Shown here piece by piece: positions 1-17,332 of a stretch of 64,000 nucleotides of DNA. Below the pieces are notes generated by a model, which did no database searches, had not been told where the DNA came from, and saw nothing but the letters and a program-made list of their open reading frames with translations. This DNA is from Lama glama (lineage: Eukaryota): positions 8,556,001-8,620,000 of the forward strand of contig CM052832.1 of NCBI GenBank assembly GCA_028534125.1, written 5' to 3'. Position 1 is the stretch's first letter. Each line of letters starts with the position of its first letter. The position numbers and the translations under genes were made by a program.

Positions 1-35
1 TGGATTTGTCACTGCGCGTGATTTTTCCCTTCCAG

Positions 36-3000
36 TTTCCATATCCTGGGGAAGGCAGGCCCTTCCATGCAGCAGGACTTCTACACCGTGGAGCACCTGG
101 CCACGCAGCTCCTCAGCTCTGCCTTCGTCAACCTGAACAACATTCCTGACTACCGGCTCAGACCCATGCTTCATATCCTTTCCGAAGTCCTCTCGGTGTG
201 GAGTAACCACACTCACAGGACAAGAAGATTGACATAAATAGCAGAAGCATGAGAGCAGCCCCGGGGGCTTGCGAGCTCTTTCTCCTTAGGGGTAAATCTT
301 TACCATCCTGTTTCTTGGCAGGATGAAAGATGAAGCTTTTATCCCTTTCCTGCGCTTTGTCAGACGCTCTCATACTGCATTCTCAGACTTTTGTTTGGGG
401 AGTATCCTTCTTCCCTGAAGTTACACTCTAAAGAGAAGCGTGGAGGAGGGTTTATGACAAGGGTGTCTCCTACTTTTTCCCTCTTACTTTGAGGCAACCC
501 AGTGCCCATAATTTGTAGCTGGCAGAAAGGACAGTTAAACTAAAAATACAATTGACTGAGTACCCATACAGCTTAGGATTTTTGGGAAAAGCTGGATTTT
601 TGCCTGTCGACACAGGATGTTGCTGGCCTGTCTGGGGGCCTGACTGCCCAGGTGCCCAGCCGGGGGGTGGGGTGCTCGTGTGCTACGGCTTCTTAACATG
701 CTGCGGCATGGGTCTTTGTGAAGCCTCTGGTGCTCTTCTGCCCCCCGGAGCACTATGAAGCCCTGGTGTCTCCCATCCTTGGACCTCTTTTCACCTACCT
801 CCACATGGTAAGAGAGCCGTCAGGAGAGGGTAGCAAAGAGGACTTTTAGAGTGGGTGGCCCCTCGTGAGTCTCACAAGTCAAGGGCTCCTGAAGTGTTGT
901 CTCCTCCCTGCTGGGCTGGCTGCATGGCTTCCTGAGAACCAAACCAGTTCAGCTGCCTACAGAGCACCTGCAGACTCAGATTCTGCTCTTAACCTGCTGT
1001 TAACTGAGGAGGTGACCAGGGGAGCGCCTTTCCTGGGTCTGTTTCCCTGACTCTGGAATTAAGCAGGGGGACCAGCCGGGTGAAGAACAGATATTCTCCT
1101 GGGTGGAGAAACCCAGGAATTCTTAAGTGTTACTGATCCTTTCCAAGCAAAGAAGTGTTGGACATGCTGCCCTCATCGTGGGTGTGGGAGAGGCTACAGA
1201 AACCGTTATCTGGTTTTTTAACCTTATGGTGTCTCCCAAGACTCTGTCATGGTTTCCTGGACTCATCCTTGGCTAATTCTAATCATGAAGTGGCCCTTAG
1301 GTATTTGTTCCAACCTTCTCCCTAGTTGTAGCACTTAATTCCTCTTTGTTTTCCCAGAGGCTTTCCCAAAAATGGCAAGTCATCAACCAGAGGAGCCTGC
1401 TATGGTAAGGGAGTCGCTCCCCTCCTGGGTGGATGAGCCAGCAGCCAGGTCTGGGTGGGAGACGGTGGACAGGGCAGAGGAGGGTTCTGCCATCCCAAGG
1501 CTGGAACAGCAGTGGGTTACAGTCGTGCTCAGGTGGAAGATGGCTTGTCTGTGACCATTAGGCAGACTCAGCTCAAGCCTTCAGAGGGCACCTGCGGCTC
1601 CTTAGGAGAATGCTGAAACATTCTCACCTACTTTGGATTGTGATCCAGTACCTCAAGCCAAGTAAATACAGTTACAAGTAATAATGCTCCTCAGTGGATC
1701 ATTGCTGCCCATTTCTGACTTTGAATGGAATGTAGACCAGAAGGCAGTGGGCACCACGGGTCTGGTGAGGGTCACTGCTGCTTTTGCACACCCATGCAAC
1801 TTGGCCCCTGGTGTTCTGCAGTGGAGAAGATGAGACAACAGAAGAAAACCCAGAGTCTCAAGAGATGCTGGAAGAACAACTGGTGAGGATGTTAACCCGA
1901 GAAGTCATGGACCTAATCAGTAAGTGGCATGTTGGAGAACCAGGGGTAGAAGAGAAGCCTTTTTCTGAGGGAAAAAAAAGTGGTCACTCACCCAACATGT
2001 TTGCAGTAACACTGACACAGTAATAAGCAACAGTTAACAGACGGAAACTAGGTAGTCCTTAAGTCAGCCTGAGAACATTTTATGAATTGTGAACTGAGTT
2101 ACAGCTGTACAGACTAAGGCCGGAATATGAAGAAATCGCCTAAAAGAGCAGGAGGAATTTGGATTAATAGTAGGAATAACTTCCTAGCTTTGTCAAAATA
2201 GGGAAAGTTAATTCTTAGACATGAAGGTGGTTATATTTCTTTATGCTTTGGTTGGTTCACTTGAGATCCAAAGGAGAAAATTACATATCAAGCATCCTCT
2301 GCTGGTCATTTACTCTCAGATAATTCTGTAATTTCCCTCCAATTAATTGAACTTGAAGAGGGACCAGAACAGAGTCTGGTCAAATGCCTCTGTTTCTATT
2401 GGTGAAGCTGATTTTGTGCCTGGAAAGTATCCCACCCTCCCCGCTCCCCACCTGCCCCGAGACAGTTTGGGATCCACTGGCCTGAGCTCTGGTGCTAATT
2501 AGCCCAGTAACCGTGCTTTCTCGCTTCAGCTGTGTGCTGTGTTTCAAAGAAAAGTGCTGACCACGGTGCTGCCCCCGGGGCTGATGGAGATGGTGAGTGA
2601 GCCTGCTGCACCTCTTGAAGTGGGCCGTTAAACTCCCAAAATTGTTACTTCTGTAACCAGGTCAGCTCCTACAGAAACTGTTTCTAGCAGTCTGGCTGAG
2701 GCCTGGAGATGTCTACATGGCTTTCATCTGTGCTGGCCCCCCTGCTCTGTTCCTCCAGCCCAGCCCCACCTCAGAGCGTCTGCATAGGGTGTTTCCTCTG
2801 TCTGGACGATGTTTTCCCAACTGCATACGTGGCCCGCTCCTTGATTTTTATTCAGGTCTCTGCTCAGAGGTCACCTCTGAGAGGCCATCCATGAACAGCT
2901 TATCAAAAGTAGCAGCGCCAGCCACTCTAGATTCTTCTTGTACATTCACTCTTCACAGCCTGAGTGCTACCTGACATTGTTTTATTTATATATTCATTTA

Positions 3001-4548
3001 TTACTTGTCTCCCTCACTAGAATTTAACTCCCAACAGGGAAGGGACTTTGTCTTTTTCCTGTTACATCCCCAGTAACTAAATCAGCACCGCTGCAGCGTG
3101 TGCTTAAATATTTATTCAACAACAAAAGATCCTCAGCATTTGCAGCTTTTAAAGTAACTGTCCAGAAAGTCCTCTGTTTTGCAAATGTACAGCTAGATGT
3201 CTCTCTAGCCCTGCCGTGGCTTCTCCACCCTCTCGTGGGGTACCATGCCACCTCCAGTCAGCCCAGGACACTCACCATTCCTTTACTCTGCGGGCTTCTG
3301 TCAGGACAGGACAGTCTGTTCTGAAAGGATGGAGCTTAACATTCTGCTCTTTGCTTACAGATGAAGAGATGATGGCCACAGAGGTCACCCCCTCAGCCAT
3401 GGCAGAGCTCACAGACCTGGGGAAATGCCTGATGAAGCATGAGGTGGGTGGCAGGGCAGGTGAGATTTTCTCCCTGCCCAGCTGGGGAGCCCGTTTCCAC
3501 TTTCTTACTTTCTGGTGCCACCAGGAGGCTTTGTTTTTTGGTAATAGTCCTTTTATAAGTTCCTGGTACCTAAATCCCCCAGAAAACAGTAGGAAAGGCT
3601 CAAGGCCAAGGCAGAACCTCTCAGAAAAACACTCAGGCTCACCCATGCTGATCCCTGGTGCTCAGCCTCCCTCAGGCTGAGCTTTGTCTCCTCCCGGCAC
3701 GTAGGTTTTCTCTTCTACGTTGGTTAGCTTTCCTGTTTACCTATTAAAACTCTAGCTCCTGGTACATAAAATACAGAGCCCGTTATGCTGCTTTTCCCAT
3801 TGTAATCCTTCACCCTTTTCTGTTAGGATGTCTGTACAGCGCTATTAATTACAGCCTTCAATTCCCTGGCCTGGAAGGATACTCTGTCCTGCCAGAGGAC
3901 GACCACACAGCTCTGCTGGCCTCTCCTCAAACAAGTACGGTTACTCACCCTTTTCTCCTTGCCCCTTATGAGACGTTTGGGTCAGGAGGACTGAGCGAAT
4001 CAGCTGGAAGGATTGGGGTGCTGGGGCCTTGAGAGCCCCACTTTGGCCCTGAGCACAGCCGTCTCCCCAGGTGCTGTCAGGGACGCTGCTCGCAGATGCT
4101 GTCACGTGGCTTTTCACCAGCGTGCTGAAGGGCTTACAGACGCACGGGCAGCACGACGGCTGCATGGCCTCCCTGGTCCACCTGGCCTTCCAGATCTATG
4201 AGGCGCTGGTGAGTGGGGGAGGTGTGAGGGCAGGACGGCTGTGGCTGCACCCCTCACAGCCTGCTCCCAGTCACTCGGGCCTTATACTAAGGCACTGCCT
4301 CTGAGAAATGGGTGTGGCAGAGAATGGGGAAAGTGGCAGGGCCCAAACCTATACGACTGAGCGGGTTTATCCCTACTTCTCAGCGTCCCAGGTACCTGGA
4401 GATCAGAGCTGTGATGGAGCAGATCCCTGAAATTCAGAAGGACTCCCTGGACCAGTTTGACTGCAAGCTTTTGAACCCCTCTCTGCAGAAAGTGGCTGAC
4501 AAGCGCCGGAAGGACCAATTCAAACGCCTCATTGCTGGTTGCATTGGG
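36..4548 (+). CDS. XPO5: Exportin-5, C-terminal coding exons (gene starts upstream of the window; last coding exon hidden in N-gap 4675-4862)
   Basis: Exons 36-172, 710-807, 1358-1404, 1822-1919, 2530-2592, 3361-3443, 3827-3934, 4071-4208, 4384-4548 splice in frame: FHILGKAGPSMQQDFY...RPMLR/VFVKPLVLFCPPEHYEAL...RLSQKWQVINQRSLLC/GEDE...QFKRLIAGCIG, matching exportin-5 as I recall it. All introns are GT-AG except 173-709 (U12 type). Confidence 0.96.
173..709 (+). other. U12-type (minor spliceosome) intron of XPO5 with AT...AT termini
   Basis: 5' splice site ATATCCTTT at 173-181; branch point TTCTTAAC at 690-697; intron ends CAT at 707-709. This junction gives the in-frame M-L-R(C|GG)-V-F-V-K. 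Confidence 0.9.
2740..3123 (+). mobile_element. L2 LINE 3' end
   Basis: ...CACTAGAATTTAACTCCCAACAGGGAAGGGACTTTGTC...AAATATTTATTCAAC, typical L2 terminus; boundaries approximate. Confidence 0.7.
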
Positions 4549-4674
4549 GTAGGTCACACACCTTCCTTAGTGCTCCCATCCGCCACTGCAGTCTTTTTAG
4601 ACCACATGTACAGGCAAACCAGGAACCAGCTGTGGTCATTACCATTACAGTGAGAACAACCCCACTACTCAGGA

Positions 4675-4862
4675 NNNNNNNNNNNNNNNNNNNNNNNNNN
4701 NNNNNNNNNNNNNNNNNNNNNNNNNNNNNNNNNNNNNNNNNNNNNNNNNNNNNNNNNNNNNNNNNNNNNNNNNNNNNNNNNNNNNNNNNNNNNNNNNNNN
4801 NNNNNNNNNNNNNNNNNNNNNNNNNNNNNNNNNNNNNNNNNNNNNNNNNNNNNNNNNNNNNN
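4675..4862. other. Assembly gap (188 N) covering the last XPO5 coding exon; other gaps at 13876-14023, 17326-17457, 18664-18819, 47656-48005
   Basis: N runs read directly. Confidence 0.95.
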
Positions 4863-6415
4863 ATGCCTCCTCGACCTACTGTCATCTCTTCTTCCCCTTT
4901 GTAGCTAATCTCTAGGCCTCTCTCCACTGCCACCTTGCTTTCCACCATCGTCAGCCTGGAGAGAGATCCAGGTCTGGAGCTGGAGAGAGTGGGCCCTGTA
5001 CCAGGCCAGAAGTCATCATACTAAGTCTCATGGAAGGGAGTTAGGGCTTATACCATTCTGTCCAGATTTTCCAGGTATCTCCCATTCTACCTGGACTTTT
5101 GGCTTTTCCAAGAGAGAAAAGCTAGAGCAGAGCAGCCCTGCTCCCCATGCCCTCCTGCCCCCAGGTAGCCAGACACCTGTGCAGAGGTAACTAGGGGTGC
5201 TATGCCCAGTGCTGTGACCAGCCGGGCTTGTAGTGAGGGCTCAGCCCCGAACTACGTGCACCAGGGCTTCTGGACCACTGACAGTCCCACTGAGCCACGC
5301 TGCTCCTGGGCTGGCAGGGAACCTGCCCCATCCCCAAGGGGCATGTCTGGGTCAGGTGCTGAGTGCTGAACTGAATTTGGCCAGTTCCCACTTTGTTCTG
5401 AGCAAGAATCTGGTCACTTGATGGTACAGGCTACTGCTAAGCTCTGGGCACAGTTATCAAGTGTTAGTACCTTCGGGAGCCAGGGCTGGGCCAGGGCCTA
5501 TAGTGCGCTCTAACATCCCCTGGAGCTCACACATTTTCTCTTGCCATAAACGACCCCCCAGTGTGGTTTCTCCAGCCTCCGGGTCCACTCAGGCATGAGA
5601 GCCACAGTACCCTATCTCATGTCACCTGATGCCACTGGCATCTAAGGGTAATCCAGACCAGCTAGGCTACATCTGTGACAAGCAGCTAGCAAAGCCACTG
5701 GTCTCCCCTAGGACTAGCTGAGTCCAGGTGCCTTAAAAAAAATCTCAGTCTTTTAGGTCCCTGGTCACTTCCCTCCTAGGCCATTTCCAAAAGAAAAAAC
5801 ATGCCTTCCCAACACAACCTGTATTGTGGGTCTCCAGCCTGTTCTAGACATCACTGGATGGCCCTGAAAGCAGAGGGGACATGGTCATGGGACCCTGGCC
5901 TTGAGGTCATTGCTGCCCATGTACAGACTGCATCCACACAGAAACCACACTGTGTCCGTCCATGTGCCCTGCATAGAGGCCTGGCATCACTCCAGTCCAC
6001 TGACCAGGGTGTCAGTGAGGACTGATGGAGCAGCCTGGACTGAAGCTACAGCTCTCAGCTGGTGTGGCCCAGGCAGGGAAGGTAGAAAAGGCAAAGCTGG
6101 GGAAACAACCTGGAGTCCCGTGTAGCTCTTTCTACTGCACAGCCTTGCTCCGGGCCCTCCTCCTGGGTGGTGCTCTGGGTTTCTTGTCGACTGTGAAGGC
6201 CATCTCAGCATGTTTCCCTCCAAACTGGTTAGCTGCCTACTCTTCTCTGCAATGGGGCTGTGGAGGGTATAGTTGTATTTATTGTGTTGTAATATTTTTA
6301 ACATTCTGTGACTTCATGCTAGAAGTTTTCTATTGTTTATAGAACCTTTTTGTAGAAATGTTAACTCTAAAGCACATCTGCATGTCAGTAAAAAAAAAAA
6401 AAAAGTCAATTTCGT
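4863..6415 (+). other. XPO5 3' UTR with variant polyadenylation signal AGTAAA (6387-6392)
   Basis: Follows the gap that holds the last exon. AU/U-rich stretch at 6270-6365, then AGTAAA. The 3' end is approximate. Confidence 0.6.
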
Positions 6416-6945
6416 AACAGAAAGGGTCCCATCTGCCTTTTTCAAGCCAGTGACATACTCCAGGGTCACTGTTCTTATGAGCATCCTCCTATAGGGACTG
6501 GACAGGAGAAACTGACTGATGGACCAGCCCTGTCAAGCCCTCTGAAAAAGCATGCCAGCTACAAAAGATGTCTACTGCTGACACATAGATCAGGCAGCCC
6601 CACACTCTCGTGTCGTTGGTGGCCACCGGACCTGACCCAGAGGGACTGCTGTTCTTCCTTGTGTGGCTCTTGACAGCAGTGTGACTTGACTGCCATGGAC
6701 CACCCTTTTTCTATCAGGAACTTCCTCTGGTACCCAGGAAATAGGTTAAGCATCACACAGGCTGGCTGTACCCCCAGAAACCACCTCCGTTTGGCATTTC
6801 TCATGGGGCTTCAAAGGGACTTGACTCTGAATTGCAGTGACATCTGAGCCCAGTGTTCCTAACTGCTAAATAATGCTAGATCTGTTCTGAGGTGAGGCCC
6901 CATATTTTTGGACAAACTGAAGAAGTGGTCTCCAACGAAAAGATT

Positions 6946-6967
6946 TTTATTTGGACGTGCATTTATT
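6946..6967 (-). terminator. POLR1C polyadenylation signals (two AATAAA on the minus strand)
   Basis: TTTATT at 6946-6951 and 6962-6967, about 190-210 nt past the POLR1C stop. Confidence 0.7.
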
Positions 6968-7158
6968 TACATTAAGGCCTTACAAAGGCATAAAAGTCAC
7001 ATTTTGTGGCACATTTAACAAAATGTATTGTCTGAAAATAAAGCTGGAATTGTCCGCAGAAAACTCAGGACCCATAGTCTCACTGGGCTCTCTACAGGGG
7101 CAGGGCAGAACCCAAAATCTTTAGCTTGCCTCAGGAACATCCAATCCCAGTGCAAGCC

Positions 7159-14910
<7,752 letters not shown>

Positions 14911-15211
14911 CCCCACCTGAGATCCTTGGCTGGCCCCTTTTCCCCCAGCTGCAAAGCGGAGGAAGATTAAAGACAGTACTGATTATATGTGTCTCTTTGA
15001 TGAGGTCTGCAGCTGCCCCAGAGCTGCAGCTCCTTAAGCCTTGATGCCTGTTGGGCTTCTGAAGGGCACAAGGCCAGGAACTCCTGACCAGCACTGCAGG
15101 GCTCTGCAGCCAGTGCAGAAAGTGGGTCAGCTCCTCTGAGGCTCTCTCACCACCTACCCCTTCATTCCTCTTTATCTCTCCCACATTGTCTTGCTAAATA
15201 TAGACTTGGTA

Positions 15212-15217
15212 ATTAAA
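15212..15217 (+). terminator. YIPF3 polyadenylation signal ATTAAA
   Basis: ATTAAA about 300 nt after the YIPF3 stop. Confidence 0.6.
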
Positions 15218-16179
15218 ATATTGATTGACGTCTGGAACTGCAGCCACCGTTCCAGTGGTCCTCCCTGCCACCCTACTTCCTATACATTTTCCTGTCCTAT
15301 CAGTGGTGGTTATGTCACATGCTCCCTCCATTATACCCCTATCCAAGCAGAATTAAAGTGGGACAGACTACACTGAAAGCAGACTGAATATGGAACCTGC
15401 GCAGGAGACAGGGGACACCAGACCATACAGCAGCAGGGAGGCCTCAAACACAAGAATCATAAGTGATGGAACAGTGCACTCAACAGTTAAGTCTGGGCTC
15501 AGCCTCACTCTTGGGATGCCGGTGGAGCAATGAGAATTGGTCAAAAACTTCTGGACACATCATGTCATTACAAGGCCCTTATGTACCTGGGCCAATGTGT
15601 AGGGATAATTTTGGTGTGGGAGCTCATATTTGCCCTGGTTATACTGAGGCCAGAGGAACAAAGCTTTCTTTGGTTTTCTCAGTTCTCCCTCTTTAAGAGT
15701 GCTGTTTACTCTTAAAAGCAATAACCACCCCAAACAGCACCATCCACACCCACTACCCATTTAATCTGTTCCACTTGTTAATTCAGGTGGTTAATACAGG
15801 GAAAAGAAACTAACCTCCCTTCTCTCCATTTACATTATTCATTTTTCCTACATTCATTTATCCTAGTAAATCTAGGTCAGCATCTTGCCCTTCTAATAAA
15901 GGGACTAAGACAGACGTGCCCTTCGTTTGTCCTATGTGACCCTTTGTGGTGTGAGGCCCCTATGCTATTGCCGGTGGACAGTTTTAAGGGCACTGCTTGC
16001 ATTGTCCAGTCTGCCCTAGCTGGAAGCTCCAGCCCACTTTCCACGGCCCCACAACCACTCCAGGTCGCTCATCCTGGCACCCGCTTTATTTTGACTACCC
16101 TAGTCTCACTGGTGCTGAGAACATCACAGCATCAGCAGTGCCCTAAGCGCCTGGAAAAGGAAAGGCGCCAGCACCTTTC

Positions 16180-17330
16180 ATCTACTACCGGCTCACCTGC
16201 CCCAAGGACCCTTTAGGGTTCCGCTGAGCCTGGCAGCTCCGGCCGCCTCCACCGGGCCATGGGCCCTCGGCAGCAGCTGCGAGGCCGCCATCTTGGCGAG
16301 GGGCACGCGGGGAAGTCCTCGCGGCTGGAATCCCGGTGCACTCAGCGCCTCTCGTCACGGGGGTGGGAGGGCGGGGGCGGGGCGCCGGTTAAAGGGCCCT
16401 AGGAACCTACAAACCGGACGCGAGGGGGACGTGTCTGGGATACGGGAGAAGGGACCGAGGCGCTGGCCCTTAGGAACGGGGAATGAGGAGAAAATGGGCA
16501 AAAGAACTCCGTAATAGTCTCAAACGCCATCTCCACGAGACTTGCCTCTATTCTCCCCTCCCCACCCTCTGCCTGCCCCAGGCTTCCATCTGGCTACCTA
16601 CTTTCCACCTGTTGTCTGGCCCCACACCCAGGGCAAGAGCGTCCTCACCGCTCCTGAACACCAGGTGTGCACAAACCTCGTGGGCCCGCGTGGCCCAGGA
16701 CCGGCAGGGGGCGGGGCGAACGGCGGTGACGCGGCCGTTGCCATGGGAACCCGCCGCCCGCTCGGTTGCAGCAGCCTGAGCCGAAGCTACCGCCCGTCGC
16801 CCGCTGCTCGCCTGCCGGCCGCCCGCCCGCCTATCCGCCTTGGACTCTACCCGCGGGGCGGTTGGGGGAGCCGGGCTGGAGGAAGGGAGGGAGCGGATGC
16901 GGCCTCCGAGAGGAGACCCGTCCCACGCGTCCTAAGCCAAGGCCACTGAGCCGCCGCCGCAACCGTGAGGAACGAGGACCGGCGCGGATCAGCGCCCTCC
17001 CAGTCCCGGATCGCGCGCCCCGGCCCGCTGCCCCGACACGGACGGCACGGTCCGCCCCAGCCCCAGCGCCTTGCGGTCTCCGCCCGGCCAGCGACCTCGG
17101 CGCCTCTGCAATTCCAGCCAGCTCCGGCCCGGGCCCCGGCGCTCCTCTCCGCCGCCGCTACCGCCGCCGGCCCCGCCGCCGCCGCCGCCGCCTGCGCCTC
17201 TGCCTCCCCCTCTTCCCCCGCTGCGTCCGCGACCCCAGCCCGGGCCCCGACCCCGGCCCCGACCTCGCCCGCGGCCCCGCCAACCTCGGCCGCGGCCCGG
17301 GCCCCGGCCCCGAAGGCCCCGCCGTNNNNN
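16180..17330. promoter_or_regulatory. LRRC73 CpG island, promoter and GC-rich 5' leader
   Basis: Dense CpG; GC boxes GGGGCGGGG near 16375 and 16708; RFX X-box GTTGCCATGGGAAC 16737-16750; YY1 motif on the minus strand at 16283-16294. Confidence 0.8.
17173..17192 (+). repeat. (CCG)n trinucleotide repeat in the LRRC73 5' leader
   Basis: CCGCCGCCGCCGCCGCCGCC, with further GCC units at 17151-17169. Confidence 0.85.
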
Positions 17331-17332
17331 NN

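Noticed and set aside
3805-3826. TCCTTCAC resembling a U12 branch point before XPO5 exon 3827
   Set aside because: The matching donor at 3444 is GTGGGT (U2 type), so this is not a minor intron.
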